The notes under the pieces: generated by a model
What the model saw: the letters and a program-made list of their open reading frames with translations, nothing else
What the model was told of the DNA's origin: nothing
Databases searched by the model: none
Translations under genes and position numbers: made by a program
Virus record (IMG/VR): IMGVR_UViG_3300017917_002466
Span: 124,001-188,000 of that record
Length of the DNA: 64,000 nt
Strand: one strand, 5' to 3'
Part shown: one piece after another, positions 1 through 9,197 of the stretch
How the letters are laid out: each line of letters starts with the position of its first letter
Numbering within the stretch: position 1 is the stretch's first letter

Positions 1-235
1 CAAAGTCATAACACTTTTGAACAAAGCAATCTCTAGCCCCTGTGCAGTTATATTATTCTGATTGCGAAAAGTTGCGAATGATTCAGCATCAGAAATAACA
101 GACCTACGGAAAATATTTACCATACTTTCCAAAGCATCTTCACAATGCTTATCCCAGACTTTCGTTACGTCTTTCATTTAAATCTCCTTTCAATATGAAT
201 ATAACATATTCTTTCAAACTAATCAAGCTCTACTA

Positions 236-598
236 TTATTTATCTATAGCTTTGTCTGAATTCTTGAATTCCATTCTCTCGTTCTCTTTCATATTACGAA
301 GTCCTTTTCTTTTCTCAATGTCAAACTTAACATCATTGAGAATAAGCGCACTCAAGAAGCGAATGGATTCTTTTTCGTGCTGATAAATCTCCTTCGCAAT
401 CTTCTTGCTTCTTTTCTGCAACATTTGCAGAACAGTTTCCCTCATAGGATGCTTGACAAGAATATCCGACCATCCACTAAAAGAATCCTCATCTTCATAG
501 TCCTGTACAGCCATTTCAGGATAAAGATCATCCCAAATACGAACTTTGAGAGTTAGGTATTCAGGGACTGGAGGCTTCACAAACTTTTTCTTAGCCAT
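236..598 (-). CDS. hypothetical phage protein, paralog of 25333..25620
   Basis: 120 aa ORF; shares FSGW[ST]DI and HxKES[IV]RFL with 25333..25620. Confidence 0.7.
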   Translation of the reverse strand: MAKKKFVKPPVPEYLTLKVRIWDDLYPEMAVQDYEDEDSFSGWSDILVKHPMRETVLQMLQKRSKKIAKEIYQHEKESIRFLSALILNDVKFDIEKRKGLRNMKENERMEFKNSDKAIDK

Positions 599-903
599 TA
601 GAACTTCCTCACTTCTGCAAGTTCAACTTTGATACCGGCCTTATGAAGTGCAATACTGTTCAGAATATGTGCGGAGAATCCTTCGGGGAAGTTCACTTCA
701 CCCAACTGGGCTCCCATAAAATCCGCACACATAACACAAAAGAATCCGCAGTCATTATTGCTAGGATATTCGGTGGGACAAGGAAGATCAGTTCTTCCAA
801 GTGTCTTCAACACACAGCTATCATCATAAACCTTCGGGAAGATACCGCTGTTGTTAAGGACTTCCAAGATGTCTTTCAGAGCCGGATTGCTAGGACCTTT
901 CAT
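598..903 (-). CDS. hypothetical protein
   Basis: 101 aa ORF overlapping neighbours' start/stop codons. Confidence 0.6.
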   Translation of the reverse strand: MKGPSNPALKDILEVLNNSGIFPKVYDDSCVLKTLGRTDLPCPTEYPSNNDCGFFCVMCADFMGAQLGEVNFPEGFSAHILNSIALHKAGIKVELAEVRKF

Positions 904-1136
904 TGTAGGACTTCTTTCTTCTTCTGTTGGGGAATATCTTTCTTGTTAGCCACATCTATCAATCTTGAAAAGTAAACCATCACATCAACAATCTGTTGAG
1001 CGCCAACTTCTCCCTTATCAGCCCTTTTATCCATATCTTCTATCATAAACTTCAGACGAAGAAATCTTCCACCACCGTCTGCACCGGCCATACAGTCCAT
1101 AATGTTATCAAAATGCTTTTGTGTTTCTTTTCTCAT
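900..1136 (-). CDS. hypothetical protein
   Basis: 78 aa ORF directly downstream of a TTGACA/TATATT promoter. Confidence 0.6.
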   Translation of the reverse strand: MRKETQKHFDNIMDCMAGADGGGRFLRLKFMIEDMDKRADKGEVGAQQIVDVMVYFSRLIDVANKKDIPQQKKKEVLQ

Positions 1137-1167
1137 ATTCTTAATATAAACCCAAAAAACGATTTTG

Positions 1168-1485
1168 TCAATACAAATCTTCGCTCAGCAATGTCTTTGT
1201 AATGCCACTATCCTCAATTTGTCCATTATCAACAGCCAACTTATAGGCTTCCTGTCGGTTCAAGAATCTATCATAGCTTGTAACAAATCCCTGCACATTC
1301 TCAATATGTACTGGTGGTTCAGTCTCAGGTCTTCCCTCAATGATCCTTCTTGTCATAAAGCAGTTATGATGCCTTCGACCACAAACAACATAACCACTCG
1401 TTATATTCTTTGGCTGATGAAGGTATTCCTTTCCATCCTTAAAATGAATGGCTGCACAGAGAATATATTCTATCTTATCTTCCAT
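1168..1485 (-). CDS. conserved phage hypothetical protein
   Basis: ILCAAI, GRRHHNC, QGF..S..RFLNR.EA and LLSEDLY motifs typical of a widespread phage family. Confidence 0.7.
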   Translation of the reverse strand: MEDKIEYILCAAIHFKDGKEYLHQPKNITSGYVVCGRRHHNCFMTRRIIEGRPETEPPVHIENVQGFVTSYDRFLNRQEAYKLAVDNGQIEDSGITKTLLSEDLY

Positions 1486-2170
1486 TTTTACTCCAGTCTC
1501 GGATGATAATTTTCACACTTATCATTCACAAGAGGCTTACCACATTCATCACAACAAGATACCTTCCTAAAGTAACTACCACAGCTACAAGTCAACACAA
1601 AGTAATAATCCGTATAAACCTGTACACCATTCACCTGATGTTCTTTACTTTCAGTCATTCTTTTATTACCAGCCAAGCACATCAGTACTTGCATATTCTA
1701 CCCCCTTAAAAACCATATCTCCTTTCTCCCTTCAATATAAACCAAAGTCCATAGATTGTCAAGAAGCCAATTTATTTTTACAAGGTTCCCAAAGGGATTC
1801 CTTAACAATTTCCTAGAAAAAGGGGGGAGGGGTCATTGGATGGATTTTAGAACTAATAAAGGTCAAAGAGAAAGGGCTTTTGTGGAATTCAAAGATTTTG
1901 GGGGAAAAACAAGAACAAAAAAGGCTTTCAAAGATTTTGAGGAAAAACGGGCTTGATAGTCAAGGCTCGGAAAATCCGAACCCCCTATTTTCCCGATTTT
2001 TTGGTTTTCCTATAACCTGGATTTGGCCCCCTACCACCTCCAGCATATACCCAGCCCCCACCCCCTTTATTATATGTAAGCCCCTCCATATCCCCCTTAC
2101 ACATTAGAATACCCCGGCCCCACCCCCATATTCTTTTAAGTTAATCAAGCCTCCCCCGGCCCCCCATAAT

Positions 2171-2209
2171 AAAAAAAGGTATGGCCCCAGTACATAGCCG
2201 GGGGCCACC
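2171..2209 (-). terminator. intrinsic terminator
   Basis: GC-rich hairpin tggcccc...ggggcca next to an A-tract (U-tract on the minus strand). Confidence 0.55.
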
Positions 2210-2358
2210 CTTCCCCCAGCATAGCTATACTTTCTTGTGGGATCGGGTGAGGCTACCTATACTGTATAATATAGTTTTTAAAACTAATATTAAAGATTCT
2301 AATACTATATCAAATACCCTTAACAGGCGATAGAGTATGGTGTAAGTGGTTGTGTTCA

Positions 2359-2748
2359 TTAAGATTCTTTTGTGTTAAGTTGTTCTTCTATTCTCTGTAT
2401 CTCTGCGGTATCTTTGGCCACTCTGGCTCTTAAATACTGAAGCCTTCTCTTGGTCTTGCCAGTCAGTATGCCTTGGTCAATATTGGCCTTGTCACCAACA
2501 GTACCGCCTTGCTTGACAATGGTATAACGAGAATCAGGGGCTCCGAATTTTTGGTCGATGGTGGTACTGAATCCAGTGGTATTGCGGAACTCTTTGCCAG
2601 TCTTGGAGCAAAGAATAACTTGGTAGGTCAAGCCATTGTCCCAGAAACTCTTCCCGATTTCAGTTACCTTCCAGTACTTCAGAACAGTAGTTTGGTTCCA
2701 CCTATTGCACAGTACGCTGAAGATGTCACCGACTGAAAGCTTGGGCAT
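2359..2748 (-). CDS. hypothetical protein
   Basis: 129 aa ORF with coiled-coil-like C-terminus. Confidence 0.65.
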   Translation of the reverse strand: MPKLSVGDIFSVLCNRWNQTTVLKYWKVTEIGKSFWDNGLTYQVILCSKTGKEFRNTTGFSTTIDQKFGAPDSRYTIVKQGGTVGDKANIDQGILTGKTKRRLQYLRARVAKDTAEIQRIEEQLNTKES

Positions 2749-2751
2749 AGC

Positions 2752-3159
2752 TTATCCTTTTGGGTTGTAAGTATATGGCTGGTTCCACTTGCCGATATTG
2801 ATATGAGTGTACCAACCAACATCAAAAAAATCTACTTGGGCGTCACTGTTGTCGTGGTTGCCGACATTCATAGCCTCTATCAGTTCAGCCAGACAAGCCT
2901 TGGCCTGACCAGTGAAGTGCTCGTGGAACCAGTACTCATTGACTTGCAGGTGGCCGTCAAGCACTGTGCTTCGGTTGTTACGGTCGGCCTCAACCATCCG
3001 GTTGAAGTTACCCACAAAGTCAATTGGTCCTGACTTGATGTTCAGCACCAGAGTACTGTGGTGACGAACGGCCAGTGTGGCCTTGAGTCCGTACTTTCGG
3101 AGTATGGACTGGATGGCTGGGGTTAGTGACCGCTTGTTCTGCTGGCTCATGTAAGCCAT
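2752..3159 (-). CDS. phage protein resembling LPD29-like polyvalent-protein domain
   Basis: GNHDNSDAQVDFFDVGWY motif; own promoter and AAGGAG RBS. Confidence 0.55.
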   Translation of the reverse strand: MAYMSQQNKRSLTPAIQSILRKYGLKATLAVRHHSTLVLNIKSGPIDFVGNFNRMVEADRNNRSTVLDGHLQVNEYWFHEHFTGQAKACLAELIEAMNVGNHDNSDAQVDFFDVGWYTHINIGKWNQPYTYNPKG

Positions 3160-3505
3160 AGGTTACTCCTTTCTTACTAATTAATATACATTCGGAAGTT
3201 CAGACTGTCAAGTTTTATTTTTGTGACTTACCTACTCTTATCAAGCACCTTGAAAGCCAGTTCACTGAAGGAATGAACTGGAGTAACCACGGTCTATATG
3301 GTTGGCACATTGACCATATAATACCTTGTTCTTCATTTGACTTGACAAAGCCGGAAGAACTTGCTAAGTGTTTTCACTATACTAACCTTCAACCACTTTG
3401 GGCTAAAGATAACTTATCAAAAGGCTCCACTTAATTTACTCGGCTAAACCAGAAGACGACCTCGCCCTCGGGTCACTTTTAATATAATACAAAGTGGCCT
3501 GAATG

Positions 3506-3790
3506 TCAAGCCCTCTTTAGATTCTTTCGGTGAGACTGTGGGTAGTTAACTCTTAACCACTTCATCCATTTAACAGAGTCAATGGTTATGGTTCCAACCA
3601 CATTTACTTCCCCGTCTTCCCTTGCAAGCTTCGCTGCGTGGTATCTGGCCGCACTTACTGAATTGAGTCCCTTCCAGTCTCGCGAGTAGACTATTAAGCT
3701 TTCAATTCCGGGATACCACTCCCACTCGCCCTTTTCAGACAAGTAGTATGGCTGGCCACTAATGCAAACATAAGGAACGTAGAACTTCAT
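3506..3790 (-). CDS. hypothetical protein
   Basis: ORF, likely start MKFYVP. Confidence 0.55.
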   Translation of the reverse strand: MKFYVPYVCISGQPYYLSEKGEWEWYPGIESLIVYSRDWKGLNSVSAARYHAAKLAREDGEVNVVGTITIDSVKWMKWLRVNYPQSHRKNLKRA

Positions 3791-4074
3791 GTTAGGCTCT
3801 TTCAATTGTGATAAGGTGGAAGCCATTAAAGACTTTGTGGTTCTTTCGGACTATGAAGGAAGCCCAATCCAACTCAATCCGCTGACCAAGGAAAGCACCG
3901 AAGTCGACTCGGCCAAAGTGAGGAAGAACAAAGGAAGTACCAGCCGAAGCCCTTGTCAGCTTCTTCTGGACGATTGAGGAGAGAATGTGATTGAGAACTT
4001 TGAACATATCGTTCCCCTTTCTGTACATCTAATATAATACAAAGGGGCCTGAATGTCAAGCCCCTTTTTGTATT

Positions 4075-4186
4075 TGGTGGCAGCGGCTGGATTCGAACCA
4101 GCATCGGGACGACCACTACTTATCTAGAATGTTCGTGACCGTCAGGCACACCATTGGCCCTTTGTGTATTTGTCCTACACGCTGCC
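4075..4186 (-). ncRNA. tRNA-like RNA (112 nt) with non-canonical anticodon region
   Basis: Acceptor stem GGCAGCG/CGCTGCC + A + CCA; T-arm GCTGG-TTCGAAT-CCAGC; central part too long and branched for a standard tRNA. Confidence 0.7.
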
Positions 4187-4206
4187 AGTAAGCTTGTTGA
4201 AGTTGA

Positions 4207-4509
4207 TTACACAAACTCGTAGCACTCGACAGCCGGACCGTTCCGCATATTCTCACTGACAATCACAGCCTGAACCATCGGCCACTCGGCACGGTCGATG
4301 TTGCGCCACTTGGCGATGTAGGAAACATTCTTGGCGCAAGCTATCGGCTCGTCACAACACATTGAGCCAATCTTGTAGCCGTTCTTGTCCATGAACTTCT
4401 CAGCCTGACTCTCAGCCTCAAAGTCCTCGGTGGACTCAAAGCGGGCGATCATCACAGCCTTGCGACCAGTTTCCCTTGCGATCGTCTCAGCGGTTGACTT
4501 GTTGCTCAT
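4207..4509 (-). CDS. hypothetical protein
   Basis: ORF MSNKSTAE with AAAGG RBS and own promoter. Confidence 0.65.
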   Translation of the reverse strand: MSNKSTAETIARETGRKAVMIARFESTEDFEAESQAEKFMDKNGYKIGSMCCDEPIACAKNVSYIAKWRNIDRAEWPMVQAVIVSENMRNGPAVECYEFV

Positions 4510-4823
4510 TGATTGTTTTCCTTTCTGTACATTCAATATACATCAAGCGAGTCGGTTTGTCAAGCTCTATTTTTGGTATTTCCGTACAGACATAATACTT
4601 GATACTCTTCACCATCAGAGTAAGGAATCTTTTTATTTGACATTTCAGCAAAAACAAACCGAACACCTTGATTTCGAAGGTCTTGAGCAGCTGCTTGAAG
4701 GTCAGAAATTAACTCTTCTACCGAACCACCTACGCTTATTTCAACTTCTACTCTTCGCATATTCCCTCCTTTTGTACATATAATATACAACAAATGAGCT
4801 TGAAAGTCAAACTCTTTTTATAT

Positions 4824-5591
4824 TTAGTAACATCTAAGCAAGCGCTTTGTGTGCAGGGCCCCGGCGGGAAGGTGGCGTCCGTCAAGTGAATACGTCTCCA
4901 GTCGACCGGGGCGCACCGCGACCGGCGGTCTGTGGCGGCTGTCCAATACACCCGCCCTGGGCACCAGAGAAAACAATCCGGAAAGCGTACTGATACTGTG
5001 ATTGTCGTAGTTGCTCAACTGGATATAACAGGCGTCCGACTGCGGGAGATCGGTGCCCACGGTCCAGAGCCATGAACTGCCGCTGAGCCGTGCGGTCGTC
5101 AACGTCTGGAAATTGATACCGCCGTCGGTTGACAGTTCGACGCGCAGGTCGGCCTGAAGACCGATCTGCCAGGTAATCTCATACGTCGAACCCAATTCGA
5201 TATTCTCTCCGCCGGTAGGCGTCAGGACGAGAAATGGAACATCCTCCTGCACCGTTACCGATATACTGTCAACGACGGTAAACTCTCCGTCGTAGGCAGA
5301 CAACTGGAACACGTACGCTCCCGCCATCGAGAACACAACCAGAGACGACTTCGCGCCCGGAGCCCGGATATCGGCTCCGCCGGCAGGCCCGTCAACCTGC
5401 GTCCACTGATATTGCAGTTGTGCATTGAGCAGGCTGTCGTCCGTCGCAGTGGCGAAAAACCGGAAGGTCTGTCCAAGTCGAAACGTCGTATCGTGTCCGG
5501 CATTGACAACCGGCGGATTATTCTGAACGCCCCACACCCCGGACGACAGCATCAAAATACCCAGAATTGCGGAAAAACCGAGCCGAGTCAT
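4824..5591 (-). CDS. secreted PKD/Ig-like domain protein of bacterial type, possibly C-terminally truncated
   Basis: Signal peptide; NNPPVVNAGHD, YQWTQVDGP and GAYVFQLSAYDG PKD/REJ-like motifs; second Ig-like domain (PTGGE, LSTDGGINF); YSLDGR tail; GC-rich. Confidence 0.75.
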   Translation of the reverse strand: MTRLGFSAILGILMLSSGVWGVQNNPPVVNAGHDTTFRLGQTFRFFATATDDSLLNAQLQYQWTQVDGPAGGADIRAPGAKSSLVVFSMAGAYVFQLSAYDGEFTVVDSISVTVQEDVPFLVLTPTGGENIELGSTYEITWQIGLQADLRVELSTDGGINFQTLTTARLSGSSWLWTVGTDLPQSDACYIQLSNYDNHSISTLSGLFSLVPRAGVLDSRHRPPVAVRPGRLETYSLDGRHLPAGALHTKRLLRCY

Positions 5592-5621
5592 AAAACATCA
5601 CCCCCATTTAATTCACATTGC

Positions 5622-5718
5622 CTACAACGTTTACGCAATGGGCGAAGCGCACCGTCTACAAAAAAGTTTATCTTCCTCCTTACCACAAACGGTGCATTTT
5701 GCCCTTGCGCTGTTGTGT
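5622..5718 (-). repeat. attC-like site
   Basis: Minus strand ACACAAC agcgcaagggc...gcaccgt...acggtgc...gcccattgcgtaaac GTTGTAG. Confidence 0.8.
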
Positions 5719-5734
5719 GATGTGTTGCGAGTAC

Positions 5735-5881
5735 CTAAATGTTAATAGCTATTGTTGTACAAATAAACCCTGATAATAATCCAATCCCACTACCAGCAGA
5801 TGGAGGTAAATTAAAAAGAATGCTTATGCCACAACTAATGAAACATCCAATAACAAAACCAATAATCACACGACACAACAT
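5735..5881 (-). CDS. cassette-borne 48 aa membrane peptide
   Basis: AGGAGG RBS; MLCRVIIGFVIGCFISCGISILF..., two hydrophobic segments. Confidence 0.6.
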   Translation of the reverse strand: MLCRVIIGFVIGCFISCGISILFNLPPSAGSGIGLLSGFICTTIAINI

Positions 5882-5924
5882 AATACCTCCTTTAAAAATT
5901 TAAGAGCAACATTTTGCACAACGT

Positions 5925-6170
5925 TTACGCAACGGTAGATGTGTTGCGCTTACTTGGTTCACAAATATCATCTACAAACTTAAACTGACAATCGGGATAC
6001 CACTTGCACTTCAAACATTGGCGCAACATTTCTACCTTGCGGTGTTGTGTGTTGCGGAGGAAGGCTACCTCAGATTCCAGAGCAATTATGCGCTTTTGAC
6101 TACGCACACAAACCAACATTTGAAAAAAACCGATTGCCACCAAAACGATGATTGAAATTGAGTTAAGCAT
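5925..6170 (-). CDS. cassette ORF (TM, coiled coil, Cys-rich tail encoded in attC)
   Basis: AGGAG RBS; reads through attC 5917-6050. Confidence 0.65.
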   Translation of the reverse strand: MLNSISIIVLVAIGFFQMLVCVRSQKRIIALESEVAFLRNTQHRKVEMLRQCLKCKWYPDCQFKFVDDICEPSKRNTSTVA

Positions 6171-6252
6171 AATTGCTCCTATAATGATAAAAAGCCGACC
6201 GTAGTTTCACACAACGGTTTGCCGTGTGTTGTGTGATGTTTAACCGCGCCTC

Positions 6253-6399
6253 CTAATTTTCTTTCGGCGCAGGCACTTGAGTAAACTTACCATCAAGAGT
6301 AACCTCGAAATAATTACCACAACAATCCCGAACCAATTCTATATCACGATAACCGCCTACAGGCTCGTAACCAAGTTTGCGAAGAATATAGCAGTTCAT
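6253..6399 (-). CDS. cassette-borne 48 aa protein
   Basis: AAGGAG RBS; MNCYILRKLGYEP... Confidence 0.55.
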   Translation of the reverse strand: MNCYILRKLGYEPVGGYRDIELVRDCCGNYFEVTLDGKFTQVPAPKEN

Positions 6400-6455
6400 T
6401 TTTGCTCCTTGCGCCGAACTATTAATTCAAAGCGCGGTTAAATTTCGCACAACGT

Positions 6456-6761
6456 TCAGCGCACAGCCGATGCGGTACGCCCCGTGCTACGCTTCCCACG
6501 TTTCGGCTTGCGCTTGTTGGCCGATGTGCCTGCCGACTCAAATTTTACCAGCGGGCGACCCGGCGTAGTTACGAGAAGTCGAAGAAAGTAAATCGCTGCA
6601 TCGTTAGCCACTTTGTGCAGCTTTTTATAAGAATCGCGGCAGCCTTGTTGCCTGAACGTGTCAACAAAAGCCATTGCGATATTCGACTGCCACGCATATC
6701 GATACCCTTCGTCTTTTTTCAGGGCTGCCGCCACCATTTTGAATGCCTGTTGAAACTTCAT
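6456..6761 (-). CDS. cassette ORF, paralog of 33538..33795
   Basis: MKFQQAFK..AL..D.G...A.Q.NIAMA shared with 33538..33795; basic tail encoded by attC. Confidence 0.7.
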   Translation of the reverse strand: MKFQQAFKMVAAALKKDEGYRYAWQSNIAMAFVDTFRQQGCRDSYKKLHKVANDAAIYFLRLLVTTPGRPLVKFESAGTSANKRKPKRGKRSTGRTASAVR

Positions 6762-6818
6762 TTTGCTCCTTTCGCCCGCCTACAAGATGGTTCGGCAGGC
6801 ATTTTGGCCAACGTGTTG

Positions 6819-7061
6819 CTAAACGGCTGATAGTTGCCGAATAGCCTGCAAAGATTGTCGAGCCAACACATACTGACCGTTGGACGTATACTCATCGTAA
6901 TCACGCAAACGTGAGGCAATTTCAGCCTTTAGTTGTTGTAGGCTGTTTGAGGAGGCTTCCATCAATTTTGCAGCACAAACAAGTGCCGCCTCTGCACTTC
7001 CAATATCTCCAACACTTAAAGCCAATTGAGCATTATGAATGTGTGATAGTATGTGCTGCAT
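6819..7061 (-). CDS. cassette ORF
   Basis: GGAG RBS; reads through attC. Confidence 0.6.
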   Translation of the reverse strand: MQHILSHIHNAQLALSVGDIGSAEAALVCAAKLMEASSNSLQQLKAEIASRLRDYDEYTSNGQYVLARQSLQAIRQLSAV

Positions 7062-7350
7062 ATAACTCCAATGAAAAGTTTATTTCCACCAACGTTGACA
7101 AATGCTGAAGTGCCCGCCTATATAACCTCTACCTTAATGTCAGCGGGCATTTGGGTCGAGGCATCCGAGCCAGCATTTGTTTGTTGTGTGCTGTGACGAC
7201 CGGCTACCTTGATTTTCTGTGCGGCGACCTTACGCAACTTATTGGCAACGACTTCCGCAACAGGATCGGGGCCGATGACTTCGATATTCATATGATTCCT
7301 TTCGCCGCACCTATTTATAGAAAAGCCGGGCGGCATGGCATCACAACGTT

Positions 7351-7617
7351 TCAGGCACTCGCCTGTTGTTTTTCTGCGACTCTATATTGACAAGACTCTG
7401 CCACGCAATACCCACGATTGACATTTAATGGGCACTTATGTTCCGATCCGAGACAGCAGAAAAATTGCAGGCTGCCTGTGTTGTATGAAGGTTTTGTTGA
7501 CTCCACCAGTGCTGCTTTTATGCGAAGCCACGCAAGATACTGGAGTCGCGACATACCGATATCACCCCAAGCCGAATCAACACTTTCTATATCTTCTTGT
7601 AGCATAAAAGCCTCCAA
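7351..7617 (-). CDS. first cassette ORF of array 1 (start may be 7605)
   Basis: Directly follows attI-like site; Cys-rich tail encoded in attC. Confidence 0.6.
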   Translation of the reverse strand: MEAFMLQEDIESVDSAWGDIGMSRLQYLAWLRIKAALVESTKPSYNTGSLQFFCCLGSEHKCPLNVNRGYCVAESCQYRVAEKQQASA

Positions 7618-7640
7618 TACGGTTCAACAAAACTTTTGTA

Positions 7641-7680
7641 CAACTAGTTAAATGATGTCATTCCCTTGTCTAACTCTTTG
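7641..7680 (-). other. attI-like recombination site, copy 1
   Basis: 40 bp identical to 33852-33891; ends at the GTT of the first cassette. Confidence 0.8.
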
Positions 7681-7697
7681 TTTTCTCCTATACATTT

Positions 7698-7726
7698 AAT
7701 ATACAACAGGAAACCGTTCTTGTCAA
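7698..7726 (-). promoter_or_regulatory. promoter facing cassette array 1 (Pc-like position)
   Basis: TTGACA-N17-TATATT immediately upstream of the attI-like site. Confidence 0.8.
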
Positions 7727-7991
7727 GCCCTTTCTTACATCACCGAAACAAACAGATTCACGTCAGGGGCTTCCATTGCCTTCTTCAAAAATTCAACATC
7801 GGCATCTGTAATGGGCCGAAGGAACTTCTTCTGATTCTCAACCATATCGCTCTTGGCGATTACCAAGGCACGATAGTTGTCATACTCTCGCTTCGTCCAA
7901 CCACCAGTGAAATTCATGTTGCCTCCCTTTCTTACTATCAATATACACTATGGAAGAAGGATTGTCAAGCCCCAAAGTTGAAGTCCTTTTA

Positions 7992-8074
7992 TTTAATCGT
8001 TTAAAAATCCACCGTAGGCTTTATCCTTGGCTTACTAAACCCTCGGCTTTATCCTGTCTTCTTAAGCGATTAAA
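7992..8074. repeat. paired-palindrome module TTTAANCGNTTAAA x2
   Basis: Same layout at 12067-12150; inverted half copy at 10640-10661. Confidence 0.7.
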
Positions 8075-8134
8075 TAAGGGTAAAAAAAGAAGGGGAAACC
8101 TTTGCTTCCCCCAGTTAGATCACATCTTCGGTTC

Positions 8135-8320
8135 TTAGGCAGCCAAACTTGCTACCCAGTTGTAACCAGCAATCAAGTAAGGCACTATTGTATTATAGAC
8201 CTGAATAGCCAGACTCCATACCTGAGGAACGAGAGCCACGACGAAGGTTACCAGAGTCACAACCACCATCACCATAAAACTGAACACTGTCACCAGAATC
8301 CCACCGATTGTTGCGAACAT
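8135..8320 (-). CDS. small hydrophobic membrane protein
   Basis: MFATIGGILVTVFSF...; followed by hairpin plus U-tract at about 8082-8112. Confidence 0.6.
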   Translation of the reverse strand: MFATIGGILVTVFSFMVMVVVTLVTFVVALVPQVWSLAIQVYNTIVPYLIAGYNWVASLAA

Positions 8321-8649
8321 CTTCCTTCTCCTTTGATTGTTTGTGTCTTCCCTACCGACACATATAATATAAGCTCTGCAAACCAATTTGTCAAGCCCTA
8401 AAAAAGAAAACCGGGACCGATAGAGAAGGGGAGAGGGAGGAATCGATCCCGGTTTCTTTGAAGCAACTTTAAAGATGGTAGCTTTTTGATTTGTCTTTTA
8501 GCCGCATCAACTCGGCGCAGTCAACTACCGAAACTGCTTGCAATCTTAATATACATTACTCGGGTCGTTTTGTCAAGTCCTTTTAATAAAAAAATAAAAG
8601 CTATCGAGAACCGATAGCTTTTCAAGCAAGGAAGGATAAAATGAGGAAA

Positions 8650-9117
8650 TTACTGAGCAGATGCCATATCGGCTTTTGCTGAGGCTTCTGCATTTGCATC
8701 AACCGGGATTTCATCATTGACGATCACCTCAGGAATATCTATAATATTTTCCGGATGAACGACTTTCTGCTTACGGCTTTTATTTACCCGACTTGAATTG
8801 GACTTACTTTCTTTGGTCACGATTGCAATACCATTTTTCTTGAGCATTGCAACGATTTTTGAAACGCTCATACCAGTCTTTTTCGCAATTTCACTGGCTG
8901 TACGTTTTCCTTTACGACCAAGAGCAAGAACACGATATTTCGCTCTTCGACCAGCAACTTTGTCAGACCCTTTTGTATTTGCATACACAGTCTGATAAGT
9001 CATCCCGGTCATCTCAGCAGCTTCTGCAAGCGTCTTACCAGCAGCAACCAAAGCCTTCGCTGCGGCTGTTCGAGACTTGTACTCTACACCTTCAATCTTC
9101 ACACTCTGCTTAGCCAT
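8650..9117 (-). CDS. putative HTH DNA-binding protein
   Basis: TLAEAAEMTGMTYQTVY and TASEIAKKTGMSVSKI HTH-like motifs; AGGAGG RBS before MAKQS. Confidence 0.6.
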   Translation of the reverse strand: MAKQSVKIEGVEYKSRTAAAKALVAAGKTLAEAAEMTGMTYQTVYANTKGSDKVAGRRAKYRVLALGRKGKRTASEIAKKTGMSVSKIVAMLKKNGIAIVTKESKSNSSRVNKSRKQKVVHPENIIDIPEVIVNDEIPVDANAEASAKADMASAQ

Positions 9118-9197
9118 TTGGCCCTCCTTATTGGTTTGTTGTTTGCAGAGTCCTATTTGGACTTTCAATATCAATATACAATGTTTTCCCGAACTTG

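Larger units (their letters stand above)
4824..7644 (-). mobile_element. integron-like gene cassette array 1 (about 8 cassettes)
   Basis: Single ORFs separated by attC-like inverted repeats NNNCAAC...GTTGNNN; junctions at about 7638, 7341, 7087, 6806, 6447, 6208, 5917, 5622; GC-richer than flanks. Confidence 0.85.

Noticed and set aside
4075-4186. Standard tRNA or tmRNA call
   Set aside because: No assignable 7-nt anticodon loop at the canonical position; no G3:U70 pair and no tag ORF
7641-7680. dif/XerCD site (contains GTTAAAT)
   Set aside because: Only 7 bp resemble the XerD arm; no XerC arm or 28-bp layout, and identity ends at a cassette GTT
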